NCBI RefSeq assembly: GCF_001194135.2
Contig: NC_068993.1
Coordinates: 743,229 to 807,228 of the forward strand
Source of the DNA: Octopus bimaculoides
Lineage: Eukaryota
Direction of reading: 5' to 3'
Length of the DNA: 64,000 nucleotides
Shown here: positions 26,073 to 38,957 of the stretch, piece by piece
Layout of the letters: each line of letters begins with the position of its first letter
Position numbering within the stretch: position 1 is the first letter of the stretch
Program-made: the position numbers and the translations under genes
Notes under the pieces: model-generated
What the model was told of the DNA's origin: nothing
Database searches by the model: none
The model's input: the letters and a program-made list of their open reading frames with translations, nothing else

Positions 26073-27239
26073 TGGAAACATAAAAGTTGAAGCATTGTTT
26101 ATTTATAACAAGGTCTGTCTTCTTTTGTTGTTGTCATGGTGATAGTTTGTTGAAGTCAAAGGCATATATATATATATATATCTCAGGCTGTGGGTGGGTG
26201 CATGCCAGCTGAGCATGAAATGCACAGATATTACCCCCAGGGAATTTTTCAAATTGTTTTTTCTTCTTCATGCATTGTAGGATGGTTTTGTAAGTATTCA
26301 TAAATTTTGCTAAAGATTCACTGAGGAATTGTGAAAACGTTTTAGAACAGATAGGCATTGAGGCTTTATATTTGTGTATATAAAGTATGTATGTATATAT
26401 GTATACAGTGAATTTTAGAGGAAACTCTTCAGTCTTATCAGTGACATTTCAGTGAACTGTACCCATGCCATGAAATTGTCAGTGATCGGGGCGACATCTA
26501 TGGACAGCCATAAAAATAACAACACTCCCCGACACTACAGAGTTGGCCTGTTGTTTCTCTGTTGCTGGGTGGATGGGTGGTGGTGAGCAGATATTGGGAG
26601 ACCTGTTCAGTTCCTAACAGTTTATAGAGAAATGGAAAAGGAAGATAATAATTCAGTGTCCATCAGATATGCTCTATCCTGTTAATATATTAACAGAGTT
26701 GAAACTCTCTACAGTAAACACTTTTATCTTCATGGAGCTGAGTGTAATTAACCTCTCTTACTAATCATTTTTAAAGTGTAGAGAAGCTTTATCAGTAATG
26801 AGTATTTGATATTTTATTAAAAAACAAATTACTGTTTCAAATTTTGGCTCAAGGCCAGCAATTTTGGGGGAGGAAGTAAGTCGATTACATCAACCCCCAG
26901 TGTTCAACTGGTCCTTATTTTCTCTTCCATTGTTTCCTTCTACAGGGATCTCCTGATACTTCTTTATTCTACTCTCATCCATGATGATGATGATGATGAT
27001 GATGTATCACATGTTCGCACCAGTGCAGTCTTTTCTCTTGCACAAACGACGACGACATCTGATCCACTTATAAAGAATTTTTCTCTCAGCTTCCCTGTGC
27101 CCATCATTCATAGACCCTAATTAACAGGACACCAGCATGGAAAACAGATGTTAAATGATGATAATTCAATGGAGTAGGCTGTTCTTTTCTTTTTCTTTTC
27201 CTGTCCACCCTTTATACATCCCCCACTATTCAATACTCG

Positions 27240-27620
27240 CTTCCAGTTCCTTTGCAACAACACACTTCATCTACGAGTCTCGTACAACTTTGTTCATAGG
27301 AGAAGCCTTCTGTTGTTCCTTGAAGTAAGAGACTATCTCAGTGTGTCCCATCCTCTTCTTATTGTGGTTACTATGCCTTCAGTAGGTTGTCTTTTAGACA
27401 TTTCCAGTTATTGGCTTCATTATTCATCTTTGTTGCTGACTCCACATTGTAAATATAACCTGGAATCTCTGTGATCACAGAGTCATCTACATCTTTCCTT
27501 CCATGCTTGTAGGAGTTGAACAAGTCTTTATCAGTTCCTGACCTGTTGCAAGTCCTTACCTCATTTTTGAGGTTCAGCATCCTGATTCCACCTTTTACCA
27601 TTTCCCATGTCTTTTTTCTC
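27240..27620 (-). mobile_element. Possible LINE (RTE) EN-RT linker fragment
   Basis: Minus-strand frame ending NNWKCLKDNLLKA resembles the RTE linker W..L.DNLL.A; weak. Confidence 0.35.
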
Positions 27621-27699
27621 ATGTCTCTAGATTCCTTCCATTGGCACTTCTTTCACAAATTGCTATCATTCTTCTACATCACCTGCCTGTACCACCACC

Positions 27700-27735
<36 letters not shown>

Positions 27736-29836
27736 TCCTTACACCTGATTCCTTTTCAGTCAGTTGTTCTTTATTCTCTCTCTCTCTCAACTCATTTATG
27801 CTCTGTCGTTCAGTCACACTAACATTGCACATCCATGCTGCTCATTTCATTTCTTTCTCATCTTCATAGGCTCTCTGCACCCAATGTTCACTTTTTACTA
27901 CCCTTCAACATCACATTCCATACTCATGTCTCAAACAATTTAAGGAGAACCCTTTTATTGCCTGGAGATGTTATAATAGATCTCTCAACATTTTCTTTTC
28001 TGTGCTTTACTTTCAGAACTTTCACCTCCACCGCTGATTAGGCCATCTAAGTAACAGAAGCTGTTGACTACTTTTAGGGAGCCTTTCAGGTATTTCAAGG
28101 AATTTATTTTATGGGTGCTTCTTGCACTGCCAACAATTTAGTTTTGGCAGGGTTTACTTTATGACCTCTTAATTCCATATTTGGTATTTCTTCTCTAATC
28201 CTTAAACATATCTATGAGAACTTGGTTATTAGCAAACTGAAGTTCCTGTAGATAGCTGGTCTTAAACTCATCCATCTAGCTACAGAACAGGGTCCTCTGT
28301 TTTAGACTTTCTCCTGGTCAATGAGTGCCAAGTATAGCGGTTGGCTCTTAGCTATACTCTTCCCCTGTAATTGTCTGACTTGTATCATATTTATTCATAG
28401 CCTATGCTCTATTGGTTCTCTCAATTTCTTATGAAACCTTTCTTTATGAAGGTAGGGTGTGATTTGAGGGAGATTTGGTTTCTCTTTTTGTCTAGCAGAT
28501 CAAATAGCCAGACAGAAGTGCCATCATCCTCAGAAGTAACCCCTTCCCTCCATTTGAGACAGTCCTCACAACTCCTCTCCAAAACTCATGATCCTACATT
28601 ATCACATCACAAGGTCTTGCATGTCACATTCTGAATCTCAAGTGGTTACATCTTGATAAGAGAGTTGGTGATTTTTCTCACCAGGTGGCTGAGGTCTCCA
28701 AAACACAAATGATAACCCCTAAAGCAGTACCCAACAAATTGTACTCTACATTGTGTCACTATTTGAGAGAGGAATGGAAAAGTTCCATGAGTTTCAGTGT
28801 TAGGTGGGTTTTCTATGAAAGGTTTTATGCCCTTCATGGAAACCAAGTCTAACAGCTACCTGATAGTCTTTTGATTTTTGGAAACCTTTTAGGAAGTGTC
28901 CATATTTCTGAACCATACAAAGGAATTCAATTGATTTTAAAGGATTGTCTTCAATTAGATGCCTAAATAGTAAGCAATTCAAAGCAAGCTGACTATACAG
29001 TTGAGAAAATCCCTTATTGATCTCATCACATATGAACCAAAGAAAATACAGTTGGAATGTAAACTATTGATGCCATTAAAGTCCTTAACATTATCCTTAA
29101 GCTTTCAGATGTAACTTCAGGAATTCTTCAAGTGCTTTTCTTTTTATTATTCTTCAACTATCAGTGGATACAGTAAGTAGTAAAACTCTTCTTTTTACTC
29201 CAAGACAATTCTCATGCTATCCATCCATGCATGGAACTAACACGTAAATAATCTTGCACTTTAGGTTTAATTCCTTAAATGATGCATAGAGGGCACTAGT
29301 TTCCAACAGTGGGGGTGGGGTGGGGATTTGCCAAAATGATCAAAATAACAGAATCCTTTCATCTTTGGCATCAAAAGATGAAACAGATTAAATGTAATAA
29401 TAATAAATTGAGTAGATGAGACTTCCTCATTGGCCCACCACAGGTGATATTGGCTAATCCAGGGCCAACCTTCACTGCCTTTTTGGATGGGCAGCTACAA
29501 TAAGACAGTGGTCTTTTAATTTTTAAGTAAGGGGAAGTGTGATTTTCTGGAGAAATACTTGCAATTTCTTCCCAGCTTAGGGGCTGCATGGAGTTTACAT
29601 TTGTTGAGTTGTATCAGTGTAGGGGAGAGTGAGATTGAGTGGTCGGACGGAGGCTGCATGGTTGTTGTGTTGGGAGGGAAACTAGACATTAGCAGCCTCG
29701 TGTTGTGTGCAAGAAAGAAGTCTCCACTGGTATGGTGGTGATATTTCTAGCTGTATATAATATTTGTTCTAGCAGATCAGGTTGATGATGAGATAATGCT
29801 TTCATCTATTTTCAGTTTGGTTTTTGTGAAAGCAGT

Positions 29837-30214
29837 ATGGGGAAACAAAACAGTAAGCTGAAGCCTGAGGTTCTTGAAGATTTGCGCAGAAATACAGAAT
29901 TTTCTGAAGTGGAACTACAAGAATGGTATAAAGGCTTTTTGAAAGATTGCCCGAGTGGGAATTTATCAGTTGAAGAATTTAAAAAAATATATGGAAACTT
30001 CTTCCCTTATGGGGATGCTTCAAAATTTGCAGAACATGTATTTCGTACTTTTGATACAAATGCAGATGGTACAATAGATTTCCGTGAATTTATTTGTGCT
30101 TTGAGTGTGACATCAAGAGGGAAACTTGAGCAAAAGTTACGCTGGGCGTTCACCATGTATGATGTTGATGGAAATGGTTATATCTCTCGCCAGGAAATGC
30201 TTGAGATAGTCACT
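29837..30214 (+). CDS. Nca: Neurocalcin/hippocalcin-like neuronal calcium sensor, coding exon 1 (aa 1-126)
   Basis: [22 protein letters not shown]...[14 protein letters not shown]...[22 protein letters not shown]...[19 protein letters not shown] is near-identical to Drosophila neurocalcin and vertebrate NCALD/HPCA as I know them. It has the N-myristoylation motif MGxxxS, a disabled EF1 (CPSG), EF2 and EF3. Acceptor TTTTCAG ends at 29815; donor GTAAGT starts at 30215 (phase 0). Confidence 0.97.
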
Positions 30215-31406
30215 GTAAGTATGATTTTCCCAATCGTTTTGTGTAAAACTTAATCTAACAAAATTCAGTCATTCTTGAAACACTTGTTACTAAAATGTCT
30301 AGAGATTAATCCAAGGTAGGTAACTCCATGTAGTAACTCTCCTGCTGTTACCTTCCTTAATATTCCTAACATTTGTTAAATTTGTTTCTTATTTTTGTTG
30401 CTTTAAAAGATTATTGGAATTAATGCATTTAAAATCATTTTGTACATCTGCCTAGTTTAACTATTTTTTAAAAAAATGTAAACGCTTGTGTAAAGAATTG
30501 TTCCTTACTATGTTATCGTTCAATATAATTTATACATTTGCAACCCACACGTGAGAAAATATCATTTGTCTTAACACAATCTCTATTGCAAACTACTTTT
30601 TCTGGTTTAAAATAGTCTTTTTTCTTATTAACGCCTCTATCGTTCTTTCGAATGTGCTTCTGTATATCATAATGCTGAAACTTTTTCCATTTATCTCTCT
30701 TCTCCTGTCTCCCAAACAGATTCCACCTCGACTAACCCTTCTTTAAAATTGGTTCTCTTCCGTTTAACTATGTTCTCCTTCTAAATATCATCCCAGAATT
30801 TGATTATTAATCCTAATCCTAACTCCACTCATTATCATTTCTCACCCAGCAGCACCTTTTTCCATTGAAAGCCGTTTTACAAACATCTCTTTCTCATATT
30901 TTGAAAGAAAAAATAACAGATTATTTTAATCAAACAAAAGTTTTGTGCAGTGGTTTATTGTTATTATTATTTCTTTTCTCTTTCATCCAACATATTAGAT
31001 TTTTAAATATTTACATAGAATTGTGTCCTCTACGTTAAATTACAAAAGAAGGCAAGGACTTCTCTAATGAAATTCTATTGAACCTTGGTACATCATCAGC
31101 CATGTTTCTCCTCACTCATAGCACAATGTCCTTCCTTCCTTCCTTGTAATTTAATCCCAACAGATTTTTTAGAAATAAGTTTAAAATATAAATATTGTAT
31201 CTGGTTTTAAATATTTAATTTCAAAGCAAAAACAAAACCCTCTAAACAATCAGCCCCCCCCCCACATCCCCATGACATTTGCCCTGTCCCTTGTATTGTA
31301 AATTCTACATGTGTTTGGTAAAAATGGGATTGCTTTTGTCAGTTGTAGACCCATCTCAACTTGTCCGCTGTGCATTTTACAAATACAGAGTGAATATGTG
31401 TGTATT

Positions 31407-31963
31407 CTGCTCCGTCGGCTGTGTAGTGTCAGTGTACGTGTGCAACAGAGCACTGGTGTACTTAGAGAGAAGTTAGGCATAAGAGGAACTAGATGCTCCG
31501 TGCAGGAGAGAAGACTGCACTGGTTTGGTCATGTGATGTGGATGGTTGATGACAACTGCATAAAGAAGTGATGATAACTAAAATGGAGGGAAATTGTGGA
31601 AGAGGGAGACCTAGGAAGACACGGGATGAGGTAGTGAAGGCTGATCTCAAAACACTGAGCCCTATGAAAGAGATGACAGCGGACCGAGATATGTGGCACA
31701 TTGCTGTACTCAGGAAGACCTGCCCACCACAGCAGAATTGAGATCCTAAAACCAAAGTGCCACGTAAAAAGCATTGGTGCTGGTGCTGTGTCAAAAACAT
31801 CCAGTACACTCCATGGAATGGCTGGTGTTAGAAAGGGCATCCAGTTGTAGAAACCAAACCAAAACAAACTATGGAGCCTGGTACAGCCCTGGTCTTGCTA
31901 GTTCCTGTCAAACTGTCCAACTCCTGCCAGCTTGGAAAACAGACATTTGATGATGATGATGAT
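31407..31963 (+). mobile_element. 5'-truncated RTE-clade LINE in the neurocalcin intron
   Basis: LRRLCSVSV...LREKLGIRG...RRLHWFGHV...GRGRPRKT..EVVKADL...DRDMW is typical of the RTE ORF C-terminus; followed by 3' UTR (AGGGCATCCAG.TGTAGAAAC) and a (TGA)n tail at 31948-31963; internal stops. Confidence 0.85.
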
Positions 31964-33189
31964 GTGTGTGTGTGTATGTGTTTATTGCATCATGGTGCTG
32001 TTTTTTTTTCTCACAGACGGTGCCCAACTGACCCTACCATACTGTGTAGTTGACAAAATCAAAAACAAACGATGCGCATGTGCAAAATTAAAAATATAAA
32101 ATGGCAGCAATTTACCTATCACACCCTGTATATTTTATTATAAATCAGCAGAAGTTACAGAGTGACCCAATGACCAAAAGTTTCATGGAATGGTACCAGT
32201 GAAACTTTGAGAGGTGCCAATGCATGAACCTTTTGGCCCTTCTGCCCCTGTATATTAAGGAATTGATTGCTTTTATGACATCCACTTTAAAAAAAGAAAA
32301 ACCAAATAAAATCTCCAGTTGACAATTTCATTTTTTTTCTTTTCAGCTAATCTCACTCTTTATCAAGTTTTATCTCCTCCTTCTTGACTGTCTCAATGCC
32401 AAGAAACTCTGTGCTTCTGCCAATTTCTTCTACCATTTTACACATCATATTTCTTGGCTCAACTTCAACTGAAATATTCTAAGAGTTGACTTCACAGATG
32501 GAACGATCTTTATTATGTTCTTATTTTTGGTGTTCAGTTTTGTCTGATTTTCAAACCATTCATCCACAAAGAGGTTTGCTATGCTCCACTGAAGATGTTC
32601 ATTTTAGTAGATTCCCAAAAGGTAATATTTATATATAGCAGAGCACAGACTATAGTCCACCCCTGGAGCCTCCACCCTGCTCCCCAACCTTGATACAAAG
32701 CCAAATAAACCTGTAATGGAATTTAGCCCTAACACCAACCAATCTATTGCTTGACACTGATATGTCTTGCACTAATCTCACACTGTCCTTTATTGTTAAT
32801 ATTATCATCATTATTATTATTATTATTATTACCTTCAGTTATCAGGAGTGTGGTGTTCGTTTGGAATCCATTACCACCTTCACCACAATATAATTGTGTT
32901 AACTGTGTTGTTAAGATGTTGGTATGAGTGACATACAAAACCTGCACCAATTTGACATTCATAAAGTAAACCCCCCTCCCCCCGCTATTTCTCTCTCTCT
33001 CACTCCTACTTTGGTTCTTGTGTTCACTCCTCCCTTTCCTCTCTTATGTTTTCTTTGCTCTCCCCTCACTTCCACCACACAACCACACAGAAATGCTCGC
33101 TGTTGCTTATTTTCACCCCATTTCAATAATGTCTGTTTCCTTTCAGAAGTTTTGTTGGAGCATTGGGGAAAATGTCTTCTACTATTTCT

Positions 33190-33340
33190 TCTGACTCCTT
33201 ATGATTTGAGTTCAAATCCTACCAAAGTCAACTTTGCCTTTCATTTATTCAGGGCTCAATCACATAAGATTAATGGTAGTGCCTAAATCCCCCCTCCCCT
33301 CAAAATTGCAAACCTTAAGTCTAAATAAGAAACCCATATT
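33190..33340 (+). mobile_element. SINE family B (5'-truncated), neurocalcin intron
   Basis: TTTGAGTTCAAATCCTACCAAAGTCAACTTTGCCTTTCAT...CCCCTCAAAATTGCAAACCTT. Confidence 0.65.
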
Positions 33341-33759
33341 TATTTCAAAGAAATTAAACCAACCTCTCTCTCTCTCTTCTTTCCTGGATTGTGCTTGACT
33401 GTCCGACTGCAATGGTTGAATATTCATTTCTAGTTAGAAAAATGGAGCAGTGGACCTCCAGAAAGGGTTAGTACTATCAGGAAGGAATTCGAATGATGTC
33501 TTTAAGTAAGAATTTAGGAAATGTAGAAGAATGACATGTGCTTGGTATATTTAAGTACCTATTGGTACTTTTAGATTTATTCCTTCTGTAATGTTTCATT
33601 AATAAATAAAGAATTAAAGACATTTGGTTCCAGATCCAGTAAAGAATGTTTCCAAGATTAACACAGATACAAAGACAGCATAAAAATAATTTGAAAATGT
33701 CTTAGTCATGTGGATGAAACATTTATTTGTGTTTGGAATATGAGCAAACTTCGTTTGTT

Positions 33760-33769
<10 letters not shown>

Positions 33770-33795
<26 letters not shown>

Positions 33796-33810
33796 ATAAT
33801 AGATAGATAG
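33770..33810. repeat. (AGAT)n microsatellite
   Basis: Read directly. Confidence 0.9.
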
Positions 33811-34710
33811 TCAGAATTAGATACAGTATGATGAAGTTGTCAGCACTTGAGGTAGAGAGTCAGAAGAATCTAACAGTTGACATCATTTGGAATTTGTCAT
33901 TTGGGCATAAAACTTTGGAATAGCGGAATGTGGAAATTGTTCCATTTTCCAACTGTGACTATTTCTAATAATGTGTGTGCAAGGGAGTGTGAAGGTGCCT
34001 GATGCAGTCAGAAGAGAGAGAGAAAGAAGTGTTTTTCTGACCCAGATGTTACACGTTACAAACCTTCCATTGTGTTTCGATGAGGCTTGTTATTCAGACA
34101 ACCCTGTTGTTATGTTGACTGTATAATTAAATGAATGGGGGAAGGAAGGGAGCTGTCGGTTCTGATTCCTCTGCAAGATCCAACTTCCAAAACAGAGAAA
34201 AGGTAAAGTATCTGCTCCAAGTAAATGTGGCTGGGCATGGATGGAGAGGCTTTTCGTGCCTGGAATTGTCTGGAAGAGGATCCAATCATAGAAAGTCTAT
34301 CTTTCCAAGTTTCATTTTAACCCTTCCCAGTTTTGAAGAAACAAACCTTGTATATTCTTCCTTTGTCGTCCATTAATTTGTATCAAATATCTAAATTCCA
34401 TTTTAGAGCTGTCTGTCTGTCGAGGCCAACCCTCAACAATTCTAACATTTGGGCAGCTATTCCATCTTTGTGTCAGACAGTTCTTTAAATTGAGTATTGA
34501 CAAACGGTTTACTAATTCTTGACAGGATTTGATGTTCTAGAGATTTTCCTGATTTCATAATGTGTACGCACATGTATGTATATGCATCTTTCTCTCTTAC
34601 TCTCTCTCTATCCACACACACACAAATCTGTGCATACATATCTCTGTTTACAAACATAATGGTTTTTCTTTATCCTCTTGTTCTTTAAAAAAAAAAATTC
34701 TTTATTGTAG

Positions 34711-34908
34711 GCCATTTACAAAATGGTGGGAACGGTCATGAAAATGCCCGAAGATGAGTCTACCCCAGAAAAACGAACAGACAAGATATTTCGTCAAATG
34801 GATAAAAATTTGGATGGGAAATTATCTCTGGCTGAATTTATTGAAGGAGCAAAAAGTGATCCGTCAATTGTACGACTGTTGCAGTGTGATCCGAGTTCAC
34901 AGAGTTAG
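34711..34908 (+). CDS. Nca: Neurocalcin-like, coding exon 2 (aa 127-191 plus stop)
   Basis: Acceptor TTTATTGTAG ends at 34710. [65 protein letters not shown] joins exon 1 in frame and contains EF4; TAG at 34906-34908. Confidence 0.97.
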   Translation, partial: AIYKMVGTVMKMPEDESTPEKRTDKIFRQMDKNLDGKLSLAEFIEGAKSDPSIVRLLQCDPSSQS

Positions 34909-37900
34909 TTATCTTCTAACATACTGTTTTGGCGCTATCGGCCTTGGGTCATTTACATCCTACTGAACAAATGCCGCAGTTCTTGATGATAATGATACAG
35001 ATGTATTTTCCATTTTGTTGGATCTGATATGTTTGTAAAGACTGAAACTCACTGCTGATTTTTTGGTGTTTGGTTGAACAGCCTACATCTAAGCTTGTGA
35101 ACATTCTTCACAACACACTGAATTTTTATGCAGCAACATTACATAAACACATTTTCATATTTATGAAGATACAGCTTCATACTTTAAATAAATCTTACAA
35201 TATAATTTTAATTTCAAGACATTCTCTCATTATCTTGATTAATAAAAACACTTTAAGTTTAGATATATAAATAGACAGGCAAGAGTTAGCTTGTTTACAC
35301 GTTGAGCTGTAAATTAAAACCTTCCTACAAACTATATCTTGAATCATTTAGATTTTAAGATTTTTTTGTATTTAATTTTATCTTTAATTATTTTCTAATT
35401 ATCCTTAGACTTTGACATATTCCTGTAGTCAGTAACAAATGAAAATGTTTTGCAATTTTAAAACTTCTAAATTATAATTTATTCATATATTCCTGAAAAA
35501 TAAAATTGGCACCTAAATTCTTTGACTAGTAGGTTTAGATTTCGAGTCTTTGACATCATGAAATATGAATTCTTCAGTTATAATAAGACAAAAAAAAATA
35601 TTGTTAAAAAAAAAATGTAGCTTAAAAGCGTAAAAGTAATAAGCTTAAGAGGCAATTTTAAAAATAAAATCCTGAATTCCTTTCACAAGACATTTAAAAC
35701 AATTTCAGTTGATGACAAAAACATTTAATGTTAAGGTAACTGAATTTAAAATATTTAAATTTATTTTAAATTATAAAAAATATATATTGCTATGTGCCCT
35801 TTGTACAGAATTAAATACTAAAATAGGATTTTGTAGATTATCAACAGAATTTAAAAAATGATAAACTGGCTGACAGCTTTCATTAATTGAAAGGAGTCGT
35901 TTGTTTAAATTATCTTTTGGTTTTAATTACGGATCATTTTTTTCTGTTTTCCATTCTTTTAGTCTTTCTACCTTTTATAATTAATTAACTCTCTGATAAT
36001 GATGATAATTATGAAGCACCTGTTTATTATAAACTGCAACAGTTCTACCTTTGTCGTAGGCTATCATCGTTTTGGTAGAGATTTAGTTTTTACATTAATT
36101 CCTGCTTTTCTCCCATTGACTCCAAGACTCTGCTGTTAGTTCCCCCCCACTTTAAAGAAAATTTTTTTTTTTAACCCTGAAACTAAATCAGCCGTGAATT
36201 TCTCAGTGCTCCCACTTACTCTGCTAATTGGATTAGCTAGAGAATATTGTTAATCATTCCAGTCACAAAATGTTGTGACCTTGACTAATCTTTATTCCTG
36301 AATTGTTTGTTAAAAATGTTATTTTGTTCTTTAAGAAAAAAAAAAAAAAAACCCAGAAAAATTCTAGTTTATACATGGAGACATCTTCTAGTGCTTTATG
36401 TATGATATAAATCTTTTTTTTTTTTTTTTCAGAAAGCCTATGTGATTTTGTTCATCTTTAAGATTTCATTTTAACTATTATTATTATTATTATTAACTCA
36501 ATAAAAGATTTCAATATTTTAACAATATGGAATTGTAAACTTTTAGCTTAAACTTTTTTTGCTTTATTCAAATTTCAATTTTAAAATGGAGGGGAGGAGG
36601 TATAGTTTTATTTATTTTTTTTTTTTGCTGCGTTATTTAGGCTTAAGAGTTAATCATTTCTCATTACACAAATTTTAACGAAGCTTTACCCTTTCTCATT
36701 ATATCTCATATCAGATGTTTGCATATATTTTTCATTTCTCTTACTGTTGAACAACTGAATTCATTAATAAAAAAAAAGAAGTAAAATGAAAAAATACTTT
36801 TATCTGTGTAAATATTAAAAAAAAAATTGCTTCTGCTAAAATTGACATTTTTTTCCCTTTCTGAACCTTGAAATTGTTAGATTTCTTTTTATTCTGTTTC
36901 TGTTTTCTGTTGACACCTAATTCCCAAGTTTAGTTGTTCCACAGTATACCTTACTCTGCCTCCACAAAAACTCCTTTCAATTCCATTCGAATTAAGTTGG
37001 CTGAAAAATAGTTACTTTTTCTGGGAGACGTTAATCTTGCTGGTTATTAACCAATTTCTAATTTCTTATTTTTTTTCTTCTGATATTTTCAAGGTGTCTT
37101 ATTAGTGATAATTACATTTACCTTTAACATATAATCATTAGACCTAAAGTAATATTTCTACTAACAATTGATAAGTAATTATTTAACTTTCTACTTTCTA
37201 ATACTTATCTCTGCTGTTGTAAATTAATGCCAAAAAAAAAAAAAAAACCTAAAAATCAAAATAGATTTAATATACTAGATTCCAAATAAAATTATTAAAG
37301 GTTTCCATACATATTATTATTTATTAATATGTGCTTTAATGCAAATCTTAAGTTTAATAAACTAAGAGGTTTGTGTTGATTTGTTCTTTTCTGTAATTAA
37401 AATCAAGTTTTAAAAAATTTATGAAATAAATTAATTTATTATTTAGTTTATTTAAACAATTAGTTCTGATATTGAGCACTAGTATAATTAGCTGCACTTT
37501 AAAAAAAAAAAGAATTTATTTTCAAAATGTACAGAAAAACATACCTATAAAAAAATTACTTCTAAAGCTGCNNNNNNNNNNNNNNNNNNNNNNNNNNNNN
37601 NNNNNNNNNNNNNNNNNNNNNNNNNNNNNNNNNNNNNNNNNNNNNNNNNNNNNNNNNNNNNNNNNNNNNNNNNNNNNNNNNNNNNNNNNNNNNNNNNNNN
37701 NNNNNNNNNNNNNNNNNNNNNNNNNNNNNNNNNNNNNNNNNNNNNNNNNNNNNNNNNNNNNNNNNNNNNNNNNNNNNNNNNNNNNNNNNNNNNNNNNNNN
37801 NNNNNNNNNNNNNNNNNNNNNNNNNNNNNNNNNNNNNNNNNNNNNNNNNNNNNNNNNNNNNNNNNNNNNNNNNNNNNNNNNNNNNNNNNNNNNNNNNNNN

Positions 37901-38923
37901 NNNNNNNNNNNNNNNNNNNNNNNNNNNNNNNNNNNNNNNNNNNNNNNNNNNNNNNNNNNNNNNNNNNNNNNNNNNNNNNNNNNNNNNNNNNNNNNNNNNN
38001 NNNNNNNNNNNNNNNNNNNNNNNNNNNNNNNNNNNNNNNNNTTTTTTTTTTTTTTTTTTTTCTCCCCTTTATTTTTGGGGTTTCATTCAGATTAAGACAT
38101 AAAAATTCTGAATTTTGATTTTAAACATTGATAAAGTGAAGAAATTGGTCTCTGATGTAATCTGTTTTGTTTCACATCTGACACAGTGTTGATGTAAAAA
38201 AATAAAAAGATTTTATGGATCTAAGAATTAAAATTTTCAATTCAGTCTTTTAGAAATTTTCAATTCTAATACGGTTTTGATTTAAAAGTTCTTCATTTTT
38301 TGGAATTTAGTTTGTTAAATAATTGTTCTATGTTTTCAGCTGTTGTCATCTACTTTGCATTTCTTTATTCAGACAAAAAAAAAATGTCTTTTAGAACAGC
38401 TAGATCTTTGGTTCCTCAAAGACTACTGTTACCTATGCATTTTGTTTCCTTCCTTTATTTTTTGCTTAAATCTATGATATTCTAGCAAATGACTAGCAAA
38501 GTCAATCATTTAGAAATAAGTTTCATTATTATTTGAAGAGATTTTCCTTGGCAAATTATTTAAGGTATGTTATTTCTTTTCTAAAAGAGAAACAGAGACC
38601 AGGGTAGCCCTGATGGATATGTGTACAGTTGAGAAATATACTCATGTGAAACATGATATATTTTATTGCAGCTGCAGACTTAAAGTTTTGGTCATATTCT
38701 TCATTTGGTATTCTTTATTAAAATAGTTAAACCAGTTTTTTTTCTTAACTTCAATTTTGATACTTTTGTATCATTAGACTTGTTAAAATTTAACTTTTGG
38801 GACGCACTTAAAAGAAAGTTATACCAATTGTAAAAATGGTGATGATGACTACTGTGTGTGTGTGTGTGTGTGTGTGTGAAGCAGAGAAATTTAAGGAATT
38901 GAAAGTATAAATTTTTGCATTTT

Positions 38924-38957
<34 letters not shown>

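Noticed and set aside
26487-26510. REST/NRSE-like half site ATGGACAGC
   Set aside because: Only one half matches, and REST is not established in molluscs.
30215-30253. ORF-track extension of neurocalcin ([12 protein letters not shown])
   Set aside because: Read-through of the GTAAGT donor into the intron; homology resumes at 34711.
34723-34908. Separate 61-aa gene starting MVGTVMK
   Set aside because: Internal Met of neurocalcin exon 2, which starts at the acceptor ending 34710.
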